Shown here: positions 19,279-29,130 of the stretch, piece after piece | How positions within the stretch are numbered: the first letter of the stretch is position 1 | Layout of the letters: each line of letters opens with the position of its first letter | DNA from: Treponemataceae bacterium | GTDB lineage: Bacteria; Spirochaetota; Spirochaetia; Treponematales; Rectinemataceae | Assembly: GCA_963667725.2 (NCBI GenBank) | Contig: CAXXHO010000003.1 | Span: 1,696,001 to 1,760,000, forward strand | Direction of reading: 5' to 3' | DNA length: 64,000 nucleotides | The notes under the pieces: generated by a model | Seen by the model: the letters and a program-made list of their open reading frames with translations, nothing else | The model's database searches: none | What the model was told of the DNA's origin: nothing | Position numbers and translations under genes: made by a program

Positions 19279-20198
19279 GACTTCCTCCCTTTCAGGGAAC
19301 GGCTCAGTATGACGACGATGATGAGGACGAAGAACACGATGTCGGCCCATTCGCGGGTTCCGCGGAAGGCGCGCAGGAAACTCTCGGAAATGCCGAGGAG
19401 AATGCTCGCGCTAAGGATGCCGGGAATGTTGCCGACGCCGGCCATGGCCACGAGGCAGAAACTCTTCATGGTGAAGGGCGATCCGACGCTCGGGAAAATG
19501 GCCGATTTCGTGAGGAAAAGCGCGCCCATCGCGCCGAGGAGGGCTGTGGCTATCGCGAACACGAGGCCGTAGATCCTGTTGACGTCGATGCCGACGATCG
19601 CGGCGCCGCGCGGGTTCTGGCCCACGGCGAGGGCGGCCTTGCCGGTCGTCGTCTTCGTGAGGAAGAATGTCAGCCCGTAGGTGAAAAGGATGGCGGCGGC
19701 GACGAAAACGAAAGACCAGACGCCGAAGGTGAGCTCGCCGATGTCCATGGAGGCCGAAACGTAGTCGAGCGACATTTTGAAGGTCTGCGAGGTGAAGGCC
19801 AGGTTGATGGCCTGGCTGAAGACGATCGAGATGCCGAAAGTGAGAATGAGCTGATTGAGTTCGGGAGCCTTGAGCGCCCGCCGGATCGTCAACTGGAAGA
19901 TGACCCAGCCAAAGAGGGCGGTGACGAGAGCCGTCGGGACGATGGCGAGGAGGGGATCCATGCCCAGGGCCTTGCAGGCGAAATAAGTAGCGTAGGAGGC
20001 CATCATCATGAATTCGCCGTGGGCTAGATTCACGATATGGACGATTCCGAGCACGAGTCCCATGGGGATCGCGATCGCCGCGTAAAGCCCCGCGGACTGC
20101 AGGCCGTAGATGAGGACGGTCGGCTTCCACAGGACGATAGCGATCACGGCTGCCGTACCCAGAGCCAGGAGGATAGCTGTTCGTTTTTTCAGTGCCAT
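19275..20198 (-). CDS. Liv-type ABC transporter permease (LivH-like)
   Basis: IVNLAHGEF, GKAALAVGQN..GAAIVGID. Confidence 0.93.
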   Translation of the reverse strand: MALKKRTAILLALGTAAVIAIVLWKPTVLIYGLQSAGLYAAIAIPMGLVLGIVHIVNLAHGEFMMMASYATYFACKALGMDPLLAIVPTALVTALFGWVIFQLTIRRALKAPELNQLILTFGISIVFSQAINLAFTSQTFKMSLDYVSASMDIGELTFGVWSFVFVAAAILFTYGLTFFLTKTTTGKAALAVGQNPRGAAIVGIDVNRIYGLVFAIATALLGAMGALFLTKSAIFPSVGSPFTMKSFCLVAMAGVGNIPGILSASILLGISESFLRAFRGTREWADIVFFVLIIVVILSRSLKGRKS

Positions 20199-20238
20199 CT
20201 TGACTGCCTTTTTGCTGGAATAAAATGCCGCGGGGCAG

Positions 20239-20267
20239 CGCGGGCGATCTTCGGGAGATCGCCCGCG
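20239..20267. other. Intergenic 12-bp hairpin after the substrate-binding gene (mRNA stabiliser or partial terminator)
   Basis: CGCGGGCGATCT-TCGGG-AGATCGCCCGCG, with no long U tract. Confidence 0.5.
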
Positions 20268-20305
20268 AAACCTCGCGGTGATGCATCAAAAATACGGAAC
20301 CGTTC

Positions 20306-21520
20306 TCACTTCCACGCGGGGAAAGGATACACGGGCTCAGAGGTGGCCGCCTCGAAGGGCCAGATCACTTCCTGGAAACCGTTCTGCCACTGCAGGATTT
20401 TCTGCCTGGTGATTCCCTGGTGCTTGATGACGTTGGACGGCTTGAAGGTGATGGTCTCGCCGAGGGCCGACGCGTACTTCGTCGCCTCGAGAGCCTTGAC
20501 GAGCGCCGCGGTTTCGGTGGTGCCGGCGGCCTTGATGCCGTTGGCCAGGATATGGACAGCGTCATAGGCCAGAAGGGCGAAATAGGTGGCCGGTTCTTCC
20601 CTGAATTTCTTGACGTAGGCATCGTAGAATTTCTTGCTCGTGGCGTTGCCTTCGTTCATGGCCGTCGACCACATTCCGTAGAGCATCACGTTGCGCGAAA
20701 GCTTGGACGACCCGAAGCCGATGGGCCATCCGGGGGGCGCCCCGAGGTAGATGCCGGGGCTGAACTTCATGGCCTTGGACTGCTCGAGCAGGGGAAGAGC
20801 GTCGGCGTCGTAGCCGGCCCATATGAAGAGATCGGGCTTAAAGCTCTTGGCCACCTCGAGGACGGCGGTGTAGTCGCCGCCGCCGAGGGCAGCGCTCTTG
20901 AAGGGCGCGCCGTCGATCGTGAAGCGGCTGCCGCTTCCGCCGAACAGGGTCTTCGTCGCGGTCCAGGAGGACTGGCCGAAGGCGCCTTCCTCGTAGGCAA
21001 GGAAGATCTTCTTGACCTGGACGTTCGGGTACTTCGCCATGATGGCATTCCAGCCCTCGAGGTAGGAAGCGCCCTGATTGTAATCCCATGGATGGAGATG
21101 GAAATAGAAATCGGATTCGGGCGAGGGACCGAGGGCCTTTTCGACCGTCGAGCTCGCGGCCGCTCCGGTGGACATCACGACCTTGCCGTATTTCTTGAAG
21201 ACGGGGATCTTGCCGAGTTCGGCGCCGGAGGCCATGCCGCCAAGGAACACGTCGACCTTGTCCACGGTGGCGAGTTTCTCGACCTGAGCCGCGGCCTTGT
21301 CGGCCTTGCCCTCGTCATCGGCGACGATGAGTTCGAGTTTCTTGCCGAGAACGCCGCCGGCCGCGTTGATTTCGTCGACGGCGATCTGGGCGGCCTTGCT
21401 GCCCTGGTTCCCCGTGATGTCGGCGAGCATCCAGATACCGCCGATCTTGATGGTGCCCTGCGCGAAAACGCCGCCCGACAAGAGGGCCAGCGCCGCAAGA
21501 ACCAAAAGGATTCGTTTCAT
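20306..21520 (-). CDS. Liv-type ABC transporter substrate-binding protein
   Basis: Signal peptide; AVDEINAAGGVLGKKLELIVADD; AYDAV..LA..IKAAG. Confidence 0.93.
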   Translation of the reverse strand: MKRILLVLAALALLSGGVFAQGTIKIGGIWMLADITGNQGSKAAQIAVDEINAAGGVLGKKLELIVADDEGKADKAAAQVEKLATVDKVDVFLGGMASGAELGKIPVFKKYGKVVMSTGAAASSTVEKALGPSPESDFYFHLHPWDYNQGASYLEGWNAIMAKYPNVQVKKIFLAYEEGAFGQSSWTATKTLFGGSGSRFTIDGAPFKSAALGGGDYTAVLEVAKSFKPDLFIWAGYDADALPLLEQSKAMKFSPGIYLGAPPGWPIGFGSSKLSRNVMLYGMWSTAMNEGNATSKKFYDAYVKKFREEPATYFALLAYDAVHILANGIKAAGTTETAALVKALEATKYASALGETITFKPSNVIKHQGITRQKILQWQNGFQEVIWPFEAATSEPVYPFPAWK

Positions 21521-21630
21521 TCAAGCCTCCCTGGGACCGCCAATCTCGGCTGCCCCTTTTTCTATCCGGTCCGGAATGCCCGGCCGGCATTGACCAACAT
21601 AAAAGGCGCGGCGAAGCGCCCCCAGCGCTT

Positions 21631-22368
21631 TTAAAGCACCAGCCCGCCGTCCACGCGCAGAACCTGGCCCGTGATGAATACCGATTCATCAGAACAGAGG
21701 AAAAGCACGGCGTTGGCGATGTCGATAGGCATGGCCAGCCGGCCGAGCGGTGTCTTCGCGATGATGGGCTCGAGGACCTTTTCGGGAACGGACTCTATCA
21801 TCGGCGTCCTGCAGTAGCCCGGCGACACGGAGTTGACCCTGATCTTCGCGCCCTTGCGTGCGAATTCCTTGGCCCAGCCCTTGGTCATGGCCACGACGCC
21901 GCCCTTGGTGGCGGCATAGTTGGACTGGCCGATGTTGCCGTCGAGCCCGACGACCGAGGCTATGGAGACGATGGCCCCGCTTCCGCCCGCCATCATCTGG
22001 GGAGCGACCGCCCGCGTCATCTTGAAGACACCGGTGAGGTTGACGTTGATGACAGCGGCCCAATCGTCGTCGCTCATCTTCTGGATGAGGGCGTCGCGCG
22101 TTATGCCCGCGTTGTTGACGAGGGCGTCGATGCGGCCGAATTCGGCCTGGACTTTCTCGACGAAAGCCTGGATCTGCGCGGTGTCGGTGACGTTGAGCAC
22201 GGCGCCTCTCACATTGCTCCTGCCGGCTTCGAGTTCGGGGAAGGCCGCGTCGTTGACATCGACGGCGAAAACCATGGCGGCGCCCTCTTCGGCGAAGCGG
22301 TCGACGATCGCGCGGCCAATGCCGCGGGCGCCGCCCGTCACTATGCAAACCTTGTCCTTCATTCTCAT
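21631..22368 (-). CDS. 3-oxoacyl-ACP/acetoacetyl-CoA reductase (FabG/PhaB-like SDR)
   Basis: TGGARGIG, NNAGITRD, GNIGQSNYAATK. Confidence 0.92.
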   Translation of the reverse strand: MRMKDKVCIVTGGARGIGRAIVDRFAEEGAAMVFAVDVNDAAFPELEAGRSNVRGAVLNVTDTAQIQAFVEKVQAEFGRIDALVNNAGITRDALIQKMSDDDWAAVINVNLTGVFKMTRAVAPQMMAGGSGAIVSIASVVGLDGNIGQSNYAATKGGVVAMTKGWAKEFARKGAKIRVNSVSPGYCRTPMIESVPEKVLEPIIAKTPLGRLAMPIDIANAVLFLCSDESVFITGQVLRVDGGLVL

Positions 22369-22418
22369 ATGATTCCTCCCAATACTGACTTCTTCTATAC
22401 GCGGACTTCCTAGCGTCA

Positions 22419-23432
22419 TTATTCCTTGACGATTCCCCATCTGACGATCGTGCTCGCCCACACGAAGCCGAGGCCGGCGCCCACGAGGACGATGTGCGCG
22501 CCTTCACCGATCTTTCCCGACTCCAACCCGAGCTTTATGGACAGAAGCTGGTCGTTCTGTCCTATATGGCCGTAATCCTCGAGGTAAGTGGACTGCTCGG
22601 CCCCGAGGCCGAGTTCCGCGAGAACCGCCTCGTGCGCGCTGCGCTTGAAGTGGAGTATGGCGAGATAGTCGATGTCGGCTTGATCGAGCCCTGATTTCGC
22701 GAGCGCGTCGCGGATGACGCCGTAAAAATTGGGCATCGTCACCTCGCCCAGCTTGGCCTTGAAGGCAGCCTCGTCGGGCACGACGAAAAAGGGCTTCGCG
22801 GCGTCCTCGGGCTTGGGTGGCCAGGCTTTGGAGCCCAGCACCGGCACGACGCACATTTCGGAAAGCGAGCCATCGCCCCTGAAAGCTGAGGAGAGAATGG
22901 CGTTTTTTCCCAGATTCTTCACGAGCACGCAGGCCGAACCGCCCGATCCAATGTCCATCATGAATCGCGTCGGCGGATAGGCGAGGTCGATAAGATCGTT
23001 GTTGCGATAGCCCGATACGAGAAGGACGGTTTTGAGGTCGTCCCTGGCGAGCATAAGAGACTTGGCCACGTCGAGAGCCGCCATCATCGAGCCGCACATG
23101 GCTTCCATGTCGAAACTCCAGGCGCGGCAGGCCCCCAGCCGGTTGGCGACGTTGAGTCCGGCGAGCCAGCATGGATAATCCTTGTGCTGGGCGCCGCACC
23201 AGATGACGAGGTCCAGTTCCCGGGCTTCGACGCCCGCGTCGCCGAGCGCTTCCACCGCGGCCTTGTAGCCCATGTCGGAGGTCGTGTTGTCGGGACCGGC
23301 CACCGGCTTCCGGTTTACGCCGAATTTCTTGGCAATGACATCTTCTGGCACGCCGCTCGCCTGGGCGAGATCGGCGGCGGTGGTGTAAGTATCAGGTAAA
23401 AAAACCCCGATACCGGCGATTCCTATATGCAT
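22419..23432 (-). CDS. FabH/KAS III-like protein with non-canonical Cys-His-His active site
   Basis: EAMCGS, AILHFK, YGHIG, GAGLG. Confidence 0.85.
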   Translation of the reverse strand: MHIGIAGIGVFLPDTYTTAADLAQASGVPEDVIAKKFGVNRKPVAGPDNTTSDMGYKAAVEALGDAGVEARELDLVIWCGAQHKDYPCWLAGLNVANRLGACRAWSFDMEAMCGSMMAALDVAKSLMLARDDLKTVLLVSGYRNNDLIDLAYPPTRFMMDIGSGGSACVLVKNLGKNAILSSAFRGDGSLSEMCVVPVLGSKAWPPKPEDAAKPFFVVPDEAAFKAKLGEVTMPNFYGVIRDALAKSGLDQADIDYLAILHFKRSAHEAVLAELGLGAEQSTYLEDYGHIGQNDQLLSIKLGLESGKIGEGAHIVLVGAGLGFVWASTIVRWGIVKE

Positions 23433-23448
23433 CCCTAACTCCATGAAA

Positions 23449-23466
23449 AGTGAATCATCTCTCACT
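23449..23466. promoter_or_regulatory. Candidate TetR operator (copy 1)
   Basis: AGTGA-ATCATCTC-TCACT palindrome; core TGAAyCATCTCTCAyT repeated at 23686-23701. Confidence 0.65.
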
Positions 23467-23643
23467 ATCATATCCATCGGTTTCCTCAATCCGTCAAGGG
23501 CAAATTTGTGATATTTTTAACAATTATGGACTTTCTGATAATTATAAATTATTATTTTATTATATTAATTGTAATTATAAAAAATCAAATATCGATGCCA
23601 TATCCATGATCCGCGGCTTCCACGCTTTTTTTCGGAATCGCCC

Positions 23644-23707
23644 TTGCGCGATCCAGCCAAGAGCCTTATACTATTTTTCAAGATATGAACCATCTCTCAT
23701 TCATATC
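23644..23707 (+). promoter_or_regulatory. Promoter of tetR plus candidate operator (copy 2)
   Basis: TTGCGC-17-TATACT (23644-23672), then GATATGAA-N10-TTCATATC (23682-23707). Confidence 0.65.
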
Positions 23708-23757
23708 GGCGCGAAATTCCGAGTTGGGAGAAACTTCGTGAAACCTGGGGAAAAGCA

Positions 23758-24900
23758 ATGGCCAAATCCATATCTGACAAGGAAGAAGCTCCAGGAAGCC
23801 GGGACCGGTTCGTTTTCTCAACCATAGAGCTGCTCTCGGAAAAATGGTATGGAACGGTATCGGTGGCCGAGATTTGCAGGCACGCCGGCCTGTCCAACGG
23901 GCTTTTCTACCGCTATTTCCAGAGCAAGGAAGAGATATTCAAACATATCCTCGAGCTCGTCATCGAAAAAATCGCCGAAGCCCTCTCTAACCTCCCGGGC
24001 GAAACGCTACGCGAAAGGCTGGAACTTTTCGCGAAAAACATTTTTGAGTTCTCGCGCGACAATCGCTCCCTCGTGAAGGTTTTCCGCGAAGGCCAATATC
24101 GATTTTTCGAATACGAAAGACGCCTGATGGCGGTATATACCGAGGCTTTAGGCAGGGTTACCGGAGGGAAGGTCCCCCTTTCCTCCTATGTGTTCGCCCT
24201 CGGAGGACTTCGTTTCGCGGCCATCCGTTCGGCCTTCCACGGCATTCCCGTACGCCTTCCCGTCCTCCAGCGTATACTTGAGGAGGGCATGTTCGGGCAG
24301 TACGACTTCGATCCCGCCAAGGTATTCTCGACATCCATCACGCCGCTTCCCCTCGACGTGATGCCGGACGCCAGGGAACGGATCCTCCGCGAAGGCAAGA
24401 CGCTGATCGGGAAGCAGGGATATTTCGAGACGAACATACATGAGATCACGACGGCGGCCGGCCTTTCGACGGGCGCCTTCTACACCTACTTCACGAACAA
24501 GGAAGCCTTCTTCGCCGAACTCATCCACAGGGTCGGCCGGGAAGTTAGGCGCTTCATATCCATCAATCTCGATCCATCGCTCAATAGGCTGGAGCGCGAG
24601 CTTCGCGGCCTCTGGCTCTTCATCGTCTACCTGTCGCTGGAAAGATATTGCTACGGCATCGTGAGGGAGGCCGAATTCGTCCTGCCCGAAGCCGCCAAGG
24701 CATATTACGACGCCTTCGTCGACGGCTACCGGGAACATGACGAGAGCGTCCAGATGATCGACGAAACTACGGAGATCGAATTCATGCTGGGCGTCGCGCA
24801 TTATCTGGGCATCGAGGTGATATTCGACCAATCGCCTGAAAACGCCAGAACGGTGATAAGCGAAATAGGAAAATTCTACCGCTTCGGCTATGGAGGATAA
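23758..24900 (+). CDS. Tandem (double) TetR/AcrR family regulator
   Basis: Two HTHs: EICRHAGLSNGLFYRYFQSKE and EITTAAGLSTGAFYTYFTNKE. Confidence 0.92.
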   Translation: MAKSISDKEEAPGSRDRFVFSTIELLSEKWYGTVSVAEICRHAGLSNGLFYRYFQSKEEIFKHILELVIEKIAEALSNLPGETLRERLELFAKNIFEFSRDNRSLVKVFREGQYRFFEYERRLMAVYTEALGRVTGGKVPLSSYVFALGGLRFAAIRSAFHGIPVRLPVLQRILEEGMFGQYDFDPAKVFSTSITPLPLDVMPDARERILREGKTLIGKQGYFETNIHEITTAAGLSTGAFYTYFTNKEAFFAELIHRVGREVRRFISINLDPSLNRLERELRGLWLFIVYLSLERYCYGIVREAEFVLPEAAKAYYDAFVDGYREHDESVQMIDETTEIEFMLGVAHYLGIEVIFDQSPENARTVISEIGKFYRFGYGG

Positions 24901-24901
24901 T

Positions 24902-25939
24902 ATGGCAGTCGCGCGCATCATAGGCACGGGAATCTACGCGCCTGGCGATCCCATCGACAACGCGAAACTGAAACGACTGACGGGCATAGAATTTGACGCG
25001 GCGAAGCTCGAGGTCAAGCTTGGAATCGCGCAACGTCATGTCGCGAGGCTTTCGGGACTCGACGAAACCACAGCCGATTTCGCGGAAAAGGCCTTGCGGG
25101 CGGCGTTGGCCGACGCGGCGCTCGACCCCATGGAAGTGGGGATGTTCGTCGTGGCGACCGACACGCCCGAGTACATTTCGCCCGCCACGGGAATACTGCT
25201 CCAGGGCAGGCTGCAGAGGGGCGAGACGGAGTCGCGCGCCTTCGACCTGGGGGCTTCCTGCGCGAGTTTCGTCGCGGCGCTGGACATGGCCGCCCGCGCC
25301 GTCGCCTCCGACCCCAGCCTGCGCTACGCCCTCGTCGTGGGCGTCTACAACATGCCGGCCTATATTCGCGACGGCGACGCCTTCGGCTGGTCGATTTTCG
25401 CCGACGGCGCGGGCGCCGTCCTTCTCGAACGCTACGAAACCGAGCCATCGACCCGAAACGGCGCCTCCACCGCAGCCTCCTGCTACGTCGACGGCGTCTT
25501 CAGGGCCGACGGCACCCAGTGGAACTATGTTGGCGTCTACGCGGGCGGAACCCGCAAACCCGTCACGAAGGAACTCCTCGACGCCGGCGCCTACGGCCTC
25601 GAACTGCTCCAGCGCCTTCCGGGCGACAGAAACGTGAAGCTCTGGCCTCCCCTCGTGCGGCGACTCCTCGAAAAGGCCGGCGTCGCGCAGTCCGAAGTCG
25701 CCCACTATATCTTCACCCAGATCAACCGGTCTGTCATCGCCGAGGTGATGGGCCTCCTCGGCGAGCCCATGGAAAAGACGACGACCATCATGGACCGCTT
25801 CGGCTACACCGGCTCGGCCTGCGTGCCCATGGCCCTCCACGAGGCGCTCCGGACCGGAACCGTCAAAAAGGGCGATCTCGTCGTCCTCGTCGCCTCGGGG
25901 GCGGGGCTCGCCGTCGGCGCTTCGCTGATCCGTTTGTGA
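24902..25939 (+). CDS. FabH/KAS III-like protein with degenerate His/Asn positions
   Basis: GTGIYAP, DLGASCASF, FADGAGA, FTQIN (usually HQAN), FGYTGSA (usually GNT), SGAGL. Confidence 0.88.
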   Translation: MAVARIIGTGIYAPGDPIDNAKLKRLTGIEFDAAKLEVKLGIAQRHVARLSGLDETTADFAEKALRAALADAALDPMEVGMFVVATDTPEYISPATGILLQGRLQRGETESRAFDLGASCASFVAALDMAARAVASDPSLRYALVVGVYNMPAYIRDGDAFGWSIFADGAGAVLLERYETEPSTRNGASTAASCYVDGVFRADGTQWNYVGVYAGGTRKPVTKELLDAGAYGLELLQRLPGDRNVKLWPPLVRRLLEKAGVAQSEVAHYIFTQINRSVIAEVMGLLGEPMEKTTTIMDRFGYTGSACVPMALHEALRTGTVKKGDLVVLVASGAGLAVGASLIRL

Positions 25940-26000
25940 AATACCCGCGGTCGGGGCTTTTCAGACGGCCGCCTAAACTTTGCCAGTAAGGGAGCACACC

Positions 26001-27308
26001 ATGAATTGGCTCGATGTCTACAAAAGCAAGCTGATATCCATCGACGAGGCCGTGTCCATGATCCGGAGCGACAACGACATAATCGTCGGCCAGTGCGCCT
26101 CCGAGCCCCAGGGCTGCATGTCGCGCTTCCACATCGTGGGCGACAGAGTGACCGATGTCAGGGTCTTCTCCGTCCTCACGCTTAAGCCCTACGACTTCTA
26201 CATGAAGCCCGAGATGAAAGGCCACTTTGAGCTGGCCTCCTGGTTCCACGCCCCGGGATCGCGCGCGGCCCTCAAGGCCGGTACGGGCACCGTCACCTAC
26301 GTCCCCAACATGCTGCACCGCGCGGCCACGGACAGGATACACGCCCACCGGCCCGAGATATTCTTCGGCACCTGCACACCCCCGGACAAGCACGGCTTCG
26401 TCTCCCTCTCCCTCGGCATCACCTACGAGAAGGACATGGTCGAAGCGGCGCAGCTCGTCATACTTGAAGTCAATCCCCGTTTGCCGCGCACCTTCGGCGA
26501 CACCCAGGTCCATGTCTCGCAGGTCGGCTATTTCGTCGAATACGACCAGGAAGTGCCGTCCTTGCCCGCCCCCAATCCCGACGCCACCGACATGGCGATA
26601 GGCGCCCACATCGCCGAGCTCGTCGACGATGGTTCGACCATCCAGCTCGGCATAGGCGGGATTCCCAACGCGGCAGCCCTCGCCTTGCGCGACAAGAAGG
26701 ACTTAGGCGTGCATACGGAAATGCTGGTCGATTCCATGATGGAGCTGTACGAGATGGGCGTGGTGACGAACGCCAGGAAGGCGCTCAAAAAAGGAAAGTT
26801 CATCACCACCTTCGCGATGGGTTCGCGGAAGTTTTACGACTGGCTCGACGACAATGTGGCCGTCGAGTTCCAGCGCGGGCGCTGGACGAACGATCCGTCG
26901 GTCGTCGCGCAGAATTCGAAGATGGTATCCATCAACACCTGCATTTCGGTGGACCTCACGGGCCAGGTGGCGAGCGAGAGCATCGGACCCAACCAGTATT
27001 CGGGCACGGGCGGCCAGTCGGACACGGCCACGGGCGCCGTGGCGGGCTTCGACGGTCTCGGGAAGAGCATCATCGCCTGCTACAGCACGGCGAAGAATGG
27101 CAGCGTCTCGACCATCGTGCCCATGCTTCCCGAAGGTTCGGCCGTCACCCTGCACCGCAGTCTCGTGGACCACGTCGTCACCGAGAACGGCATCGCGCGC
27201 CTGCGCGGCAGGACGGTGCGCGAAAGGGCAAGGGAGCTCATCGCCATCGCAAAGCCCGAATTCAGGGGTGAGTTGACTTCCAAGGCCAAAGCCTTGGGCT
27301 ATCTATGA
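26001..27308 (+). CDS. Acetyl-CoA hydrolase/CoA-transferase (4-hydroxybutyrate CoA-transferase-like)
   Basis: DGSTIQLGIGGIP, DLGVHTEM, DLTGQV.SE, SGTGGQ.D, VVTENG.A.LRG. Confidence 0.92.
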   Translation: MNWLDVYKSKLISIDEAVSMIRSDNDIIVGQCASEPQGCMSRFHIVGDRVTDVRVFSVLTLKPYDFYMKPEMKGHFELASWFHAPGSRAALKAGTGTVTYVPNMLHRAATDRIHAHRPEIFFGTCTPPDKHGFVSLSLGITYEKDMVEAAQLVILEVNPRLPRTFGDTQVHVSQVGYFVEYDQEVPSLPAPNPDATDMAIGAHIAELVDDGSTIQLGIGGIPNAAALALRDKKDLGVHTEMLVDSMMELYEMGVVTNARKALKKGKFITTFAMGSRKFYDWLDDNVAVEFQRGRWTNDPSVVAQNSKMVSINTCISVDLTGQVASESIGPNQYSGTGGQSDTATGAVAGFDGLGKSIIACYSTAKNGSVSTIVPMLPEGSAVTLHRSLVDHVVTENGIARLRGRTVRERARELIAIAKPEFRGELTSKAKALGYL

Positions 27309-28412
27309 TCTGTCGATCCTGATATCGCCCGAGGCCGAGCTGATTTTTACGGGTATGAGGCCGGTGCCGAACCTGATGCTCCGCGCGCCGCTCTGGATGC
27401 CATCGCATTCCACGTCGCCCGAAATCGTGGACCAGCCCACCGTGGCGTCGATGTCCCTCGGGCAGAGCAGCGAGATGTCGCCCGACGCCGTGGTCACCGA
27501 TACCCTGTTACACTGATCGTCCATCTCCACCTCGACGGAACCCGACGCCGTCTCGACGGAAAGATTTTCCGTGCAGCCCGCCAGGGCTATGTCGCCGGAG
27601 GCCGTTGTCACCTCAATATCGCCCGAGCAGAGTCTCACTTCGACATCGCCGGAGGCCGTCTGTATCGAAAGATCGCCGACCCTGTCTTCGACGAGGACGT
27701 CTCCCGAAAGGGTCCTGACCGAGAGTCGATCCACCGTGCTCGGTATCCCGATTTCGAGGGTTTCAGGCTCCCTGGGGCCGCCGGTGGCCACGATTTCCAT
27801 GGTCCTGTCGTCGCGATTCATTATTCTGAATGATGGGGTGTCGTCGCCGCTAGCCTTCACCGAGAGGCCGGAGGTCGAGAGGAGGATCTTGACGTCGGTC
27901 GATTTCGTCCTACAGATGATATCCCTCACGTTTCCGATCGGCAGATCCTTGAAACGCAGGGTCCTGCCGCCGTCGCCACGCTCGCGCTCCGCGCGGGCTC
28001 CGCGACCTTCGCGATCCTCGCGATCCCTGTGTGCTTCGCGTTTCGCGTCCAAAAAGTCAGCGTCCTTGAAGATCGTAGCGACGTTGAAGGCCCGGCGTAT
28101 CACGTCCCCCAGATCTTCACCATCTATGGTGATGCGCGTCTTGGCTTTGATGCGTTCTTTTTTATCGTCCGCGCGGACTTTTTCCTCAGATTCGGCTTCG
28201 TGGCAGGTGACGCCCGATTCCTTGCAGAGACATTCGGCGAAAGTCTCGGGCTTTTCAAGGCCGGCGACGATCTCCTCTTCGCTCATATCGGGATGCTTGA
28301 GCGCCAGCTCGTCTATATGGTCTTCGATTTCAAGGAGGATGTCCCTCCTCGAGTCCTCTTCGAAGCCCTCCAGGCCCCGCGAAAGCGCTTCGATGTATTC
28401 TTTTCTTGTCAT
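27303..28412 (-). CDS. DUF1700-like N-terminus plus DUF4097/adhesin-type beta-solenoid protein
   Basis: EYIEAL...DIL.E..DHI...EEEIVAGLEKP; repeated T.SGD(V/I) units; downstream of padR. Confidence 0.75.
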   Translation of the reverse strand: MTRKEYIEALSRGLEGFEEDSRRDILLEIEDHIDELALKHPDMSEEEIVAGLEKPETFAECLCKESGVTCHEAESEEKVRADDKKERIKAKTRITIDGEDLGDVIRRAFNVATIFKDADFLDAKREAHRDREDREGRGARAERERGDGGRTLRFKDLPIGNVRDIICRTKSTDVKILLSTSGLSVKASGDDTPSFRIMNRDDRTMEIVATGGPREPETLEIGIPSTVDRLSVRTLSGDVLVEDRVGDLSIQTASGDVEVRLCSGDIEVTTASGDIALAGCTENLSVETASGSVEVEMDDQCNRVSVTTASGDISLLCPRDIDATVGWSTISGDVECDGIQSGARSIRFGTGLIPVKISSASGDIRIDRS

Positions 28413-28765
28413 AATGCCGTTCCTCTGCCCGAAATGCGCGTGCGGGCCCGATCGCTTCTATCGTATTCCTCCAGCATCGCGGAAAGCAATGCCGAACCCA
28501 AGCCGGTTATGCTGTAATATTTTCGTGGATGTCCCACATCGGGGGTTTCCCAGCTGGACGATATGCTGCCGTCTTTTGTCATCCGCATGAGAAGGGGATA
28601 GAGCGTTCCTTCGGATACATCGATGCCTATGGTCTTCAGGCTTTCCATCATCTCGAGCCCATAGCTACGCCCGCTGGAGCCCAGGAGTTCCAGTATGCAG
28701 AGTTCCAGGAATCCTTTCCGGAACTGGCTTTTCCATTTTTCAAAAAGCTCGCCAGACATATCCAT
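28409..28765 (-). CDS. PadR family transcriptional regulator
   Basis: QFRKG.LE, SYG, EGTLYPLL.R, PRKYYSIT..G. Confidence 0.95.
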   Translation of the reverse strand: MDMSGELFEKWKSQFRKGFLELCILELLGSSGRSYGLEMMESLKTIGIDVSEGTLYPLLMRMTKDGSISSSWETPDVGHPRKYYSITGLGSALLSAMLEEYDRSDRARTRISGRGTAL

Positions 28766-28881
28766 GAGCTTTTCCTTTCAGGGAAGAAAGATAGCGGGAC
28801 GCGGGCGCTGTCGTCTCGCGGCGATGCGCCTGCCCTACCCCTTCCCTTTGCCCTCCGCGCCATCGCGGAGAGGCGCTCGGC

Positions 28882-29130
28882 TCAGAACGGCTGATTTTTG
28901 CCGAAAGACGTCGCCATGTAGTATTGGACCATCTCCCTGCCCGAGTATATATCGACCCTTCCGTCCCTGCCATAGACATCGCGCATCGCGTTACGTTCTC
29001 CGATCGCCCTGTAGCGATTGATCCCGCGGACTTTCGGCTCGACACCTGGCTGCAATGCACCGGAAACCGCGTGCACCATTCTCTGGAGTGATCGCATCAC
29101 GCGCTTCACATCCATCAGAATCGCTTCCAT
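28882..29130 (-). CDS. Small hypothetical protein upstream of padR
   Basis: 82 aa ORF preceded by a strong AAGGAGAG RBS; no recognised domain. Confidence 0.5.
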   Translation of the reverse strand: MEAILMDVKRVMRSLQRMVHAVSGALQPGVEPKVRGINRYRAIGERNAMRDVYGRDGRVDIYSGREMVQYYMATSFGKNQPF

